This document shows, in pieces, positions 11,736 through 22,339 of a DNA stretch of 64,000 nt (position 1 is its first letter; the number at the start of each line of letters is the position of its first letter). The notes under the pieces were generated by a model. The model saw only the letters and a program-made list of their open reading frames with translations, had not been told where the DNA came from and made no database searches. The position numbers and the translations under genes are program-made. The stretch is from NCBI GenBank assembly GCA_000002445.1, contig CH464491.1, positions 3,488,001-3,552,000 of the forward strand, given 5' to 3'. Source of the DNA: Trypanosoma brucei (taxonomy: Eukaryota).

Positions 11736-12378
11736 TGAATATTTATTTATAGAAACAAAAATAACTTCTGCTGTTACTTTTTACCGCTATCACTTTCCTC
11801 CTCTCCTCCTCTCACTTACTCTCTCTCTCTCTATTTCACTTTGTTGTTGCGCCTCACACATGCCACTCCATCTTATCTTTGCTTTTTCTTTTTCTCTCCC
11901 TTTGTTTACCTTATTTTATGTTTTTTTGCATTGTTCCCAACAACCCCCTCTTCTTTCTTTCGTTTTGTTTTTTTTTTAATTGCTCCGCATTGTGAGCCTA
12001 CTCATGATCTCCATCATTCCACATTCCTCGTTCGTGTTCTAGTCGTTGCTATTACACATCACTTGAAAGGTTCTGGTAGACAACCATAAGCGCGGTTAAA
12101 TACTCAAAAAAGCACACAGTAATACGATCACAACCTCACATAGCTCACATGAATTGGCACAAAGGAGGGACAAAACCAATTAAAATCATACGACTATATA
12201 TACATGTATACATGTATATATCGCACAAGTTAACTAAATATGATATATTTGAACATATGTAACACGTGGGTGGTGGTTGTGGTGGTGTGTGGGACATCTC
12301 CGCTTTTTTTTTTATGAAGTATTATGTACATCATTATCGATTTTCTTCTCTCTTTTCTTTTCTTTTTTTTTTTCATTT

Positions 12379-13443
12379 TTAAATTTTGAAGGATGGTCTT
12401 ACTCCCCGTGCTGTTGATACTGTCCTCGAGCCGCTAAGCTCCAGACGCTTTTCCCACTGCTCGCGAAGGCCATCCAACTTGTACTGCCGGTCTCGCTCCA
12501 TTTGCATTCTTCGACGCCGTGCCATTGCCAAGCGGCTCTCCGTCACTGTTCGATGCTGCACAACTTTGTTAACCTTTTCATTTTCCAACTTTACATATCG
12601 GTTAAGTGCAGCTTTTTCTTTCTTTAATTCCTCAGTGACCAAAACTTCTTCTCCTTGCGCTGCTTGTACGCTGGCACGATCCCTCACATCCCTGCGTCTA
12701 AACTCCCGCTCCATCAAATAGTCGAGCATAAGTTTCCTTCCCGCAGAGCTTTGCCTCGTTGATCCCACTGAGAGGCTGCGACGTGTGCCGGAAGCCCGCA
12801 AGTTGGACAATATGGCCTCAAAGCGCAACTGCGTCACAATGTCAATGTTTTGATTGCTCGGCCGTGTGCTGGACTTCCCGCCGGATGGCAGACTTGTGAC
12901 AGATGACCGCATTCGAGGGTTTGCTCTGCTTCCACTACGTCCTCCATCATTCCTTTCGCTCTGGCCATTAATATATTCACCATCATATGAATAACCCGAA
13001 CAGCCTTGATGATCCACAGTGCGGACGCTGGAAAGTATGGGCGAGGCGTCACCAGTTACAAGTCCATGCGCGTCATCTTCTCCATGAAACACACAGTCGC
13101 TCCCGTGGGATCCGGCGTCATGTGATTCAGCAGTGGATTTAGCATACCCGTTGCTGTGCACACACACATCCAAATCATTTCCGGGGTTCATTTTCCTTCC
13201 TCTCGTCTCCTTTTTCCTTTTATCCTTCGAGACGGCACGCCGCGTACCAGCCCTGAGTTTCCGACTTTCACAACGGTATTCCTTGAAATACGGTGTGATG
13301 AGCGCTAAGGACACGGCAAGCGCCCGAAGAAATGTACGGGCGCACTCGTATGGGGAGAAAATGGTGTAGATGGTGCTTTGTATGAAACTTGGAAACTCTC
13401 TTTCCTCAATCTCAATTTTTCTTTTATTCAAATGAGTAAACAA
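12379..13443 (-). CDS. Hypothetical protein, Ser/Arg-rich with a C-terminal coiled coil. The probable real start is the internal Met at 13191 ('MNPGNDLDV...')
   Basis: 354-aa ORF. The first 84 codons sit in low-complexity, polyT-rich sequence typical of spacers, which suggests the real start is the internal Met. I verified an ATG on the minus strand at 13191-13189, encoding MNP. The C-terminus 'EELKKEKAALNRYVKLENEKVNKVVQHR...RRRRMQMERDRQYKLDGLREQWEKRLEL' is coiled-coil-like. Confidence 0.45.
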   Translation of the reverse strand: MFTHLNKRKIEIEEREFPSFIQSTIYTIFSPYECARTFLRALAVSLALITPYFKEYRCESRKLRAGTRRAVSKDKRKKETRGRKMNPGNDLDVCVHSNGYAKSTAESHDAGSHGSDCVFHGEDDAHGLVTGDASPILSSVRTVDHQGCSGYSYDGEYINGQSERNDGGRSGSRANPRMRSSVTSLPSGGKSSTRPSNQNIDIVTQLRFEAILSNLRASGTRRSLSVGSTRQSSAGRKLMLDYLMEREFRRRDVRDRASVQAAQGEEVLVTEELKKEKAALNRYVKLENEKVNKVVQHRTVTESRLAMARRRRMQMERDRQYKLDGLREQWEKRLELSGSRTVSTARGVRPSFKI

Positions 13444-14604
13444 AAAAAAATTGAGACTGAGCCACCACTAACAGTTTTTGCTTTGCTTTCCTTTCTTTTT
13501 AGTGTGTATGGATGAAGTGCAAACCCACTTAAACAATGGGTACTTGCACTCGATATGGATTAATTCCGATTATATGTATATATATATGTATATTCTGCTA
13601 CTGTATAAATATATTGATTTCCCTTTTCTTCCCTACTTCTTTTCTTTCCCCCCCCAATGTTGCTTTTCTCCTTAATAGCAACAAATGAACACGAGCTACT
13701 CTTTTCGATTTGAAGCAAAAACGACCAGCGACGAGGTAAAAATAAAAATATAAAATATATATATATATCACCTGCTTACTGGAATATGAAAGCCTACAGA
13801 ACTAAGGTTAGCTTCTTTGTTCAAGATAGGTGCGATAACAACAACAACAGCAAGAAAAGAAAACGAAAGAGCGGAAGAAGAAGAAGCATCCAATTTCTCA
13901 TTTTTCCTCTTTTAGTTGCGTCCTTTTCTCGTCACACGTGCACAACAATCAGAGACGAGGAAAAAAACAAAACAAAACAGGATGAGTGGGAGAATATTTC
14001 ACCGTATAGACCCGGGGCAACATCCGAACGTGCCTTACCATTATTTATTCCTCCTACAGGTGCTCTTACGGTGAGGTGAATTGAAAACAACAACGAGAAA
14101 ACAAAACAAAACAAAAATACAGCACGAACCAATCAACAGGGGAAAAAGAAACAGGGGGCCTGGGGGAAAGAAGCAAACAGCCTGCTTCGCGAAAGTACAC
14201 AAATAGATAAACACGCATATGTCTTCTAAGCGCGTGTGTGCGTGCACCTTCGGTTGGTTCCTTGAATAAATGACCGGTGTGAAGCGGAGCGAGAACCAAA
14301 TAACTCCCATTTTTCTAAACCCTACTCTCCCCCCACCTTATCTTTTCCACTCCTCAAAATTTGCCGTCACGGTTGGATAGTTCAGCACACGTCTCAACGT
14401 CCCTCCCCCCACTTTCTCTCTCTTTTTTTTTTTGACAACATTCCCTTCCCCTGTTCCACCAATAAACTTCTTTCGTGCCCACTCCTCTTATCCTACTTGT
14501 CATAAATGCACATGACGCTGACATTCACACCCGTTATCCCGACACGCCCGACATCCTCCTCTCTTTATCCTCCCTTTTTTTCATCACGTTCCAACAAGAT
14601 TATC

Positions 14605-15279
14605 CTACACAGATGTGCGAGCGAAGCCGGTGTTGTAATGCAGAGCTTGTGTGAGGAATCGCTGCAACATAAGAGATTCTGCCACATCAAACTCTACAGT
14701 CCACTCAAATGTCTCATCGCCTTCTTCACCCGCTACTTGTTGCTTTTGTTGGGCGGGCCTCGTTGATGTGCACTTGAGCGTAAATGTGTATGGTGCTGCA
14801 GGATTCGGTGTGAAGGTGGCGTTAGTATAACGTGAGTGAACTTCCACCTTTTCTGAACGCCCCTCCAGCACAGCCAGAAAACGTGCGGTGTAAACCGCTG
14901 GCAACATCACAGAAACAACACGCTCTGCCTTATTACCTTCTTCTGTCAACATACGTGCCTGGCGATGGTAATCAAGGACAACAAATGTATCACGGTGAAG
15001 TACTCGCAATAGATGGCCTCTGCTGATATCTTCATCATTCCAATGGACAACATCAAAAGCAGGCGGGAGTTGGGCGCGGCGAGCCCGTTGTTGTGCGAGT
15101 GAAGGTCGGCGCCACTTTCCTCCAGTTGCTCTGTTGCCTTCGCCGCTACTTCCAACTTCCTTCCCATCAGCATCACTGGAAGAAGCGGCTTCTAGGCGTA
15201 GGGCTGATGTGGCAAAGAGTGCAGCACCCAGTGGTTTCCGAATGAGCGTCGTTTGCTGGCTGATGATACGTCGGAGCAT
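14605..15279 (-). CDS. Hypothetical protein (possible mitochondrial presequence 'MLRRIISQQTTLIRKPLGAALFATSALRL')
   Basis: The ORF track gives 14605..15354, but the first 25 codons are encoded by a T-rich spacer. I verified an internal ATG at 15279-15277 that gives 'MLRRII...'. The N-terminus is Arg/Ser/Leu-rich and amphipathic, consistent with a mitochondrial targeting peptide. Confidence 0.45.
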   Translation of the reverse strand: MLRRIISQQTTLIRKPLGAALFATSALRLEAASSSDADGKEVGSSGEGNRATGGKWRRPSLAQQRARRAQLPPAFDVVHWNDEDISRGHLLRVLHRDTFVVLDYHRQARMLTEEGNKAERVVSVMLPAVYTARFLAVLEGRSEKVEVHSRYTNATFTPNPAAPYTFTLKCTSTRPAQQKQQVAGEEGDETFEWTVEFDVAESLMLQRFLTQALHYNTGFARTSV

Positions 15280-15505
15280 CTCACTTTGCGTCCGAATACG
15301 ATTACAAAAGAAAAAAAAAAGAAAACAACTCACACGAAGGGTTTGGGTGAACAAGGAAGGACACAGCCAAGCTTCAAGCGCTCCAAGGTTAGAGTGTTTC
15401 CCCGTCAGTTAATCGCACCTGATGGTATTAGTTTGTTTGTCACTTGTCTTCCCTTTCTCCTTCTCCCTTTTCTGTATGTGTGGTACCCTTACAACTTACT
15501 TATCC

Positions 15506-15528
15506 TTTTTTTTTTGGGGGGGGGGGGA
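15506..15528. repeat. Abutting homopolymers T(10)G(12), which read C12A10 on the transcribed strand
   Basis: The sequence 'ccttttttttttggggggggggggaagg' is directly visible. It lies in the spacer about 230 nt upstream (in the minus sense) of the probable start of the 14605..15279 gene. Confidence 0.9.
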
Positions 15529-16035
15529 AGGGTGAACATGTAATTGTGGTATGCAAGTGATAAAGTTAGATAAAGGGTTCCACGACGAGGTCAATCAATC
15601 AAAACAAGGACCAAACTCAGCCACTAGCGGTGTAAGTTGAGAGTGCAATCACGCTCAAAAGGGTTTAAATACCTTCAGAAGACGGGGAAAAACAACAGCA
15701 ACAACAACAACAACCGTTAAGTCCGACAAAAGGTTGACGGAGTAACTTGCACACATAAAAACACAAGGAGTACGATCCGTGACACAAGAGGAAGTTCGCA
15801 GCGAGATTAACCCCCTCCCCCTTTTTGGTAGTTATTTAAGTTCTCTTCACTCACCTTCCGCTCGTTGCGCCTTTTTTTTTTCAATCCCGCACACCCTCTC
15901 TTTCCCATTCACTTTCCTCCCTCCCTGCCTTCCCAACACAAACGCTCGTACAATTTAAGTGACACTAACGCCAGTGGAACGCTTTGTTCTCACTCTTGCG
16001 GCGTCCTCTCTTGTTGCCTTCCTTTTTTTTTCTTT

Positions 16036-16494
16036 TTAGCGTTGAGCCAACCCCAATGCATCCATAACACGTTCAAGCATCAAAGAAACGGCTGCACCAC
16101 CTAACGTACCACCCACAAGCCCGGGAGCTTTATAATAACGACAGCCGTACACTCCACCCAAAAGACCACCAGAAAGTGTAGCATTCCACACATCCTTACG
16201 GCCCCGTCGCTTCTCAAGCGCAACCTCAATGCCACCGAAAAGGAAACCAAAGTAGGCAAAACTGAAGCCGAGTCTGTGGGCCGTTTTCAAACTGTAACGG
16301 AAGAAGTCGGCGGTGCCCATCCGCTGCGTTGTGGATTCGGCTGAAATCATTGCACCAAAGAGGGAAAATCCAAAACCCATTACGTAACCACCAACAACGT
16401 TCATAGCAGCTGGGGTAATGGTGCTGTCCTTCAACACCATCATTGCCTTCTGTGAGGGATCAATTTGAGGTTGGGGGTCGAGAAGTGTTGTCAT
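16036..16494 (-). CDS. TIM17: Tim17/Tim22/Tim23-family mitochondrial inner-membrane preprotein translocase subunit (Tim17-like)
   Basis: 152-aa ORF with four predicted TM segments and glycine-zipper motifs: 'GGYVMGFGFSLFGAMISA', 'GFLFGGIEVALE' and 'LSGGLLGGVYGCRY...GLVGGTLGGAAVSLM'. This matches the Tim17-family (PF02466) pattern. The size fits the single trypanosomatid Tim17 homologue, which is about 150 aa. Confidence 0.7.
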   Translation of the reverse strand: MTTLLDPQPQIDPSQKAMMVLKDSTITPAAMNVVGGYVMGFGFSLFGAMISAESTTQRMGTADFFRYSLKTAHRLGFSFAYFGFLFGGIEVALEKRRGRKDVWNATLSGGLLGGVYGCRYYKAPGLVGGTLGGAAVSLMLERVMDALGLAQR

Positions 16495-17479
16495 CGTGAT
16501 GAGTCTTTATGTAATGGTCTCGTTTGACAAATATACCTGTAAGATACCTATGGCCAGCTTTTCTCTACTTGCCTTTATTTCTGCTGTGAATGATATTGAC
16601 CTCCCGGTCAGTTCTGATTGATTATGTGTTGTCTCCGATGTTCCTCCCTATTGCAGTGTTGTGACTAAAGCCCACCCTGCTTGTTTGTATTCGTCTTCCT
16701 TTCACCTTCACCTGATTGTATTCGCGTAAAAAAAAAGGTTTAAACGTACACGGTCGGTCAGCAGACCAGTGGAGTCGAAGGTGCGCCACCGATGATGTAC
16801 GAACACCACGATGTTGAAAACGCGGGAGTGTCAGGAAGAAATGGAAAGAAAGAAATGTGTGGGAGGTATTGTGTAGGAAGACATTAGGTGATAACATTAA
16901 CGCATGCGTATGCACCCACTGACCTTCACAACACTCGTCAGAATATTACCATGTCTACACATAATCAAGAATCAGCACCATTCTTATAAGTAGAAACCCG
17001 CCGCAACTCTGTTGCCGTTTCAGTCCACCCTTCGCCCGCAGCGCACGTCCTCCCGGCGTACACAATAAACACCACCCATCGCCTCCAAGCAATTTCCTCT
17101 TGCTCCTTTTTTCAACCGCATTCCCTCTTCACAACAAATCCAAACAGGAAAAAAAAACGTATTATGGTTTATAGTACCTGCATAGAGCAAGCACATAAAT
17201 ATATGGCGGGCAACAAATTGAAGTGGGGCCTCACCCAAAAGAAAAAAAAAATGATATTGATCACAAACCACTGGTGTAGCGTGCCTGTTACGAATGGGTT
17301 CGCAACCCCCTCCCCCCAACTTTCTGTCCTGCCTTCAGTTAATTGAGAGCCACCTGTGTCTAACTCCCTCCTTCTATCTGCTGCTCTCGTAACAACATGA
17401 AAGGAAAAAAACAAAAAAAGAAAACAAAAAGCATCGGCAACGGCAGCGAGCCCGATAAAGAGCAAAAAATAAGTAAATG

Positions 17480-17506
17480 AATATATATATATATATATAT
17501 ATATAT
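17480..17506. repeat. (AT)n microsatellite
   Basis: The sequence 'atatatatatatatatatatatatat' is directly visible, in the spacer downstream of IFT25. Confidence 0.9.
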
Positions 17507-17561
17507 TGCATCATTCCCCGACGACCATTTTGTTCCCGACAAGTGTGCACGTTTCATAATG

Positions 17562-18038
17562 TTACATCACCACTTCAGGATTGGACTCTAGGACGGCTAT
17601 ACGCTGCTGCGACTCTTCTCCCTCTACTTCTACTTCAAATATTCCCACAAACTGGTTGTAACCTGACAGGATGCGCAAACGCAGATATCGTACGGCTTTC
17701 CCGTCACCTGTTGGGTCAACAGTTATTCGCTCCCTCTGCTTTTCATTGCCTCCCGTGCGCGGCAACGACAACTTCGAGATAACATCAAAGTTAGTGGGAA
17801 GAGCGGAAGTGCAACGTTCCACCAACACATCTTTGGCATCGTGCAGCGTAAGTGCAACACCGGATATGTTTGCCGAGGCCACAGAGCCGACGGAAAATAT
17901 AATATCTTGAGGAAAACCACCGGTTGTTAGAATAAAGGTGGTTGGATCTCCGTCAATAAGGCACGATGGAGCCATGCTTGCATCATCATTTCGGAATGTT
18001 AGATAAACAGGGTCTATGCTCACCTTTGCCATTCGCAC
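17562..18038 (-). CDS. IFT25: Intraflagellar transport protein 25 (IFT25/HSPB11-like, galactose-binding-like domain)
   Basis: 158-aa ORF. 'LIDGDPTTFILTTGGFPQDIIFSVG' aligns with human IFT25 'IIDGNPETFWTTTGMFPQEFIICF'. 'VRYLRLRILSGYNQFVGIFEVEVEG' aligns with 'ATYLRFIIVSAFDHFASVHSVSAEG'. Alignment is from my memory of the family and was not searched. Confidence 0.7.
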   Translation of the reverse strand: MRMAKVSIDPVYLTFRNDDASMAPSCLIDGDPTTFILTTGGFPQDIIFSVGSVASANISGVALTLHDAKDVLVERCTSALPTNFDVISKLSLPRTGGNEKQRERITVDPTGDGKAVRYLRLRILSGYNQFVGIFEVEVEGEESQQRIAVLESNPEVVM

Positions 18039-18833
18039 TTCTCCCTCTCCTTTTTTCTTTTAAGTTTTATTTCTCTTGATTTCCACGATCTTTCTCCTTT
18101 TTTTTTAAAAATTTTCGTTCTATGCAACTACCCTATTTTAAAGTTAGTACCTTTCTTCCCTTTTTTCTTTTTTTGAAAATCCCTCTTTCTTGTTCTCGGT
18201 ACGGCAGAAATGTCGACGACCAGACGGCCACCTCTAAAAGTTTCAATATTCACAGAACAAAATAAAAGTCAGGGAAATCGGGTAATAGAGGAAACTGTAA
18301 GTGCTGTTTGCAACACGGCATCAAGAGAAGAATCAAGAAACCGGCTTATTAGAAACAGTGCATTACAAAACATTGTTAAGCGCATACATGCATATATGTA
18401 TGTTAATTGTTTGGCGGTCACATCCGAAGTTAGGGAAGAACCATCTCCACCGCCCCCTTTTCATTTCGTTCGCACTCCCTCGGAGGTTGTTGCCCACCCG
18501 CCTCTTCACCATCTTCAGTTATTTCTGTTGTGCATCTTGAGAGGCCTTGACACTCAGCATCCCCCACATTTTTAATATTCAGCGTTGTGGTCGCAGAAAC
18601 ACAATCACAAGTGTATGGATGTCGTTGGTGTTGTCACCAATAGGCATCCTTCGCTTCCTGTCCACCTTTTCCGTCCGCGCCGGTAGTCGTGGGTCACAAC
18701 ATTGACGTGACTGGGCGATGACGCAGGACCAAAATATAAGCTCACTATCATTACGTGTCTTCACCTCTCTTGCCAAATAATAATCCTAAAACAAAAATGA
18801 GTCCCTTTCCCTGTCCACACAACGGCAGCATCA

Positions 18834-19775
18834 TCATCTCTTCCCCCTGCCCTTCCTCCTCTTCCCTAAACCAGTGCGGCGGGGGCCCAAATCAAACTCC
18901 CGTGTGTATCGTATAATTCCCTGTGAAGGCCTATTCGGGTTCTCGTCACCACCACGTGGGGCCCAAATGCTCCCGCTCTTGTCGCTGCCCTTCCGCACTT
19001 TCACCTCCCGTATGCGCTCGTCATGTTTCACCTCTCGCTGTACCCTTCGTATGGTCTTGTTAAACACACGCAGTGTACCGCTGTTTAGATCATAGCGACC
19101 CGATTGTTTAAGTGGCGTCGGGTCACCCATACGGCGAAGCAGATGAGCTCTCTTGAGTTGCCGCCGCTGGAAGAGGGCAATACGCCGATCTTTAGCAGCA
19201 TGCAAGGCACTGCCCTGAGTATAATCAACTGCTTCACCATGTGTCTCCCGCTCCCAACTCGCTCGTTGGCGCAGATCCTTCTTTTCCCCTGCCAAGAGGC
19301 GAAGACGCTCAGCAAAGCCTACTCCAGTTTTGTTATTTCGTAGGTGGTCATATGTACGTGTGTGTGGAGATGCCGGAGCCCCTCCTCCACTACCGCTGTT
19401 GACAACACTCCTACTGCCGCATCCCCCTACCGATGCTGGCCGCTTGCCCCCAATGCGTTCAAACTGCCGCCACGACTCTTCAATGCGCTCCTCCATCGTG
19501 GCGTCAGGGGCATGCAAAGCTGCCGTACGAGCATACACATCTTGCAGTTGCTCGTTGATCTTTTGGTGATGTACAAGCAGGTCGCGATGATCCTGCTTAG
19601 GAGTTTTGGGGTTCTTGCGGAATGTCTCAGTAGCCTCCGTGGCTTCGTGGTAGTGAATACCGCGATGAAGCGACCGTGGCCCGGGTATGGTCCTGCGTCG
19701 TTTTACGAGCTCACGAGTGGCGCGGCTATTCAGAGGTGGCATCACTAAACCTGAGGAAAGGGGAAAACAATGCAA
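18834..19775 (-). CDS. Hypothetical basic (Arg/Lys-rich) protein
   Basis: 313-aa ORF with coding-like composition and no recognised domain. Highly basic C-terminus ('GPRRTGLGKRRKGRGKR'). Confidence 0.45.
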   Translation of the reverse strand: MHCFPLSSGLVMPPLNSRATRELVKRRRTIPGPRSLHRGIHYHEATEATETFRKNPKTPKQDHRDLLVHHQKINEQLQDVYARTAALHAPDATMEERIEESWRQFERIGGKRPASVGGCGSRSVVNSGSGGGAPASPHTRTYDHLRNNKTGVGFAERLRLLAGEKKDLRQRASWERETHGEAVDYTQGSALHAAKDRRIALFQRRQLKRAHLLRRMGDPTPLKQSGRYDLNSGTLRVFNKTIRRVQREVKHDERIREVKVRKGSDKSGSIWAPRGGDENPNRPSQGIIRYTREFDLGPRRTGLGKRRKGRGKR

Positions 19776-20173
19776 GGAAGAAACAAGCGGCGATGAGGTT
19801 GGCGAGCGACATCGTACGTACCCACTCGAAATGCGGTGTGTTAAAAGCAGAAAAATGCTTTTTCATTCTCCTTTTCCAATGTACAGACGGTCGCGGCCCG
19901 ACGCCGGCACGCACCGGGTGTCGTCACATGGCAACAACAGTTTTTTTTTTTCGAATTATACAACTCGCTCAGGTGGTTCCCAACCGTGCGATGATGATGG
20001 AACAATGGAGGATATTAATCAGAGCAACAACTGAAACCATCTTGCTATACTAAAATGCCCTGTCAAACCACAAGGTAACAAAAAGAGCAAAAAAAAATTA
20101 GGTAGGGTATTCATTTCACAACGCGAACGAAACAATAGACGATCGATGACTAAAAAGACGTATTCCACACTAC

Positions 20174-22339
20174 TCATCTGCCGTGCGTTAAACGCAATAC
20201 TTCCAGAACATCGTCTGTACACATTTTGAGGATATTTTTGGTCATGACCAACAGCTCTTCGGCAAGATCTTCTAGAAACTCGTCTCCGGGACACTCCTTC
20301 ACGGGGAGCCACACAGTCTGGTACAAGGCGTCGCCACATTCCGTAATGGCATGACACTGCACGGGAGGGGATGACTCCACCACTGGCAAGCACGCTGGAA
20401 AATGGTACAGCGGTTCAATACAGTAAAGCGCTTCCATTTGTTCGCAGCAAAAATGACATGAAGTGGCTCTATCCCTCATACCCGAGTATGTCACGATGTC
20501 CATTGAAGTGCGCAGCGGTTGCCTGCAGGTGCCTGCCGTGAGCAAGCGGCACTCTGTGCACTTAAGGACACGCTCCACCCAATCCTTGGGGTTGGGCGGG
20601 TTAGTGTCGCCGTACTCTGAGAGAGACATTGCTTCCACCTCAACAACCGCTGTAAACATTGTTTCCGCCACTCTTTCATGTGGTCTTGGATGCAGGGGGT
20701 GCCTGATACGCTCGTCAGCTAACCGCGGACTACCCGCGAGGTAGCAACTTATGGCACAACAACGTTCCAGAAACCTGCAACAACGCAGAAGTGTCCGACT
20801 TAGTGCCTCAGGTAGTGCGCCCCTATTTCCTGTCAGGACGGCCTTCTGACGCAGGGTAAGCCTCCTACGATGCTTAACTCTCTGCCGCCGCATAGCTCCT
20901 AAAAGCAGAGCAATGGCAATATCGCTCACACAAACTTCAGGACTCCCCGCGGCACGAAGCTCAATCCATTCGTTCATACAGTCTGCAGCGCTTTGAAGCA
21001 GGATTTTAGAGCAGAAAGGTGAAATGAATAACCTCACTTGCCCACCGGCGCTGTCACTATTGATGTCCTCACCACTACCTCGGGCAACATACTTAATGAG
21101 TAATGCAATGACGGTGTGAAGTGCATGCAACACAACGGCAGTAAAGCCGAACAGACCCCGGAGTAGCCTTCCAGTCAGCGTGTGCGAATCAAACAAGAAA
21201 ACGCATGCACTTGTGTGCTCGTGCTTGCGCGGGTCGGTGTCCTCCTCACCTACGTGGTCAGTACATTCATGGCTATCATCTTTACTCCTCATTGCAGTGC
21301 TAGGCTCATTATAATTGCTAGAGTCGCTGCCATTATTATTGATGTTGCTGCTGAAAACAGGGGGGGATGTTGTTGTATACTGTATAAGACCGCATTTCAC
21401 TACCAACTGCAGCAACACCGAAGCAGTGATTGCGCGGGAACGGACACGAAGTAGAATCCCACCGCGGTGGTTTCCGTCGCCCCCGCTTTGTCCCTCATCC
21501 CCACTGTCGTAAACCTTTATGTATCGTACGTCGCACACTCCATGGACGACAGACAGTGTGGACGGAGCATTCATCAACTGGGCTGCCTTCTGCTGCGCCA
21601 ACCACTTCCAGTCGCTTCCGTTACGGACCGTGTCTTGCGTTGGAGCAACGTCGCTACACTTCACGGGCACACGACCCAAACTGCCAAAAATTCTTCGATT
21701 GTCATCGCGCCTAACTGCTGGTGCATCAACTACTGTGGTAGCTTCTGCAGTGTCTGCATTCCTCTGTCCGACCCTCTTTCGTGACGAGTTGCGGCCATCT
21801 TCCTGAACGGTGGGTGACGCGTTTCTCGACATCGGTAGCCTCGCAAAGGATTCGGACACTGCGGAAGGTACGGAGACGGTTCGCGACGGCTCCCTCCGTG
21901 ATAAAGGACTTTGTTCACCACGGTGCGACGACTGGGTTGAGCGCGGTGAGGAAGCCCGGTAAGACTGATTTTGAAACATTTCGCGCATGACGATGTGCTC
22001 CCGAAAAAACACCGGCCCGATAGTTCCCCCTTCCCCTCCTAGTTTCGGCTGAAGTATCGCCGGCAAGCGCCGTTCCAATGTGGTGGTCACCTCATGGAGC
22101 GGTGGGAGTCGCGGGAACAACATCAACAGGCCTATGCCATTACCGTTATCGTCAGCGTTCCCTTCCTCAACTGATGGCGCCGCACTTGCCTTTGGTGTGT
22201 GGGAAGTCCATAGGCACCTAATGTACCGCATGCACACGAACACAATGACGGCCAAAACAAGTGAGGCAACGGTCACTTGCAGTTCGATCAGCGCGTCAGC
22301 TTCGCTGGGGAGAAGGAACTGAATGCGGACAATTCGCAT
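20174..22339 (-). CDS. Hypothetical protein with an N-terminal signal-anchor/TM segment and a C-terminal Cys/His-rich region
   Basis: 721-aa ORF. The N-terminal 'LVLAVIVFVCMRYIRCLW' is a hydrophobic helix. The C-terminal ~150 aa contain clustered Cys/His ('KCTECRLLTAGTCRQ...SCHFCCEQMEALYCIEP...CHAITECGDALY'), suggesting a zinc-binding module. No family assignment is possible by eye. Confidence 0.5.
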   Translation of the reverse strand: MRIVRIQFLLPSEADALIELQVTVASLVLAVIVFVCMRYIRCLWTSHTPKASAAPSVEEGNADDNGNGIGLLMLFPRLPPLHEVTTTLERRLPAILQPKLGGEGGTIGPVFFREHIVMREMFQNQSYRASSPRSTQSSHRGEQSPLSRREPSRTVSVPSAVSESFARLPMSRNASPTVQEDGRNSSRKRVGQRNADTAEATTVVDAPAVRRDDNRRIFGSLGRVPVKCSDVAPTQDTVRNGSDWKWLAQQKAAQLMNAPSTLSVVHGVCDVRYIKVYDSGDEGQSGGDGNHRGGILLRVRSRAITASVLLQLVVKCGLIQYTTTSPPVFSSNINNNGSDSSNYNEPSTAMRSKDDSHECTDHVGEEDTDPRKHEHTSACVFLFDSHTLTGRLLRGLFGFTAVVLHALHTVIALLIKYVARGSGEDINSDSAGGQVRLFISPFCSKILLQSAADCMNEWIELRAAGSPEVCVSDIAIALLLGAMRRQRVKHRRRLTLRQKAVLTGNRGALPEALSRTLLRCCRFLERCCAISCYLAGSPRLADERIRHPLHPRPHERVAETMFTAVVEVEAMSLSEYGDTNPPNPKDWVERVLKCTECRLLTAGTCRQPLRTSMDIVTYSGMRDRATSCHFCCEQMEALYCIEPLYHFPACLPVVESSPPVQCHAITECGDALYQTVWLPVKECPGDEFLEDLAEELLVMTKNILKMCTDDVLEVLRLTHGR

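Noticed and set aside
17262-17312. tRNA-like fragments 'tggtgtagcg' (D-loop-like) and 'gggttcgcaacc' (T-loop-like)
   Set aside because: The two elements are only ~20 nt apart, whereas a tRNA needs about 40 nt between them. There is no complementary acceptor stem and no anticodon stem-loop. This is probably a chance match inside a spacer or UTR.
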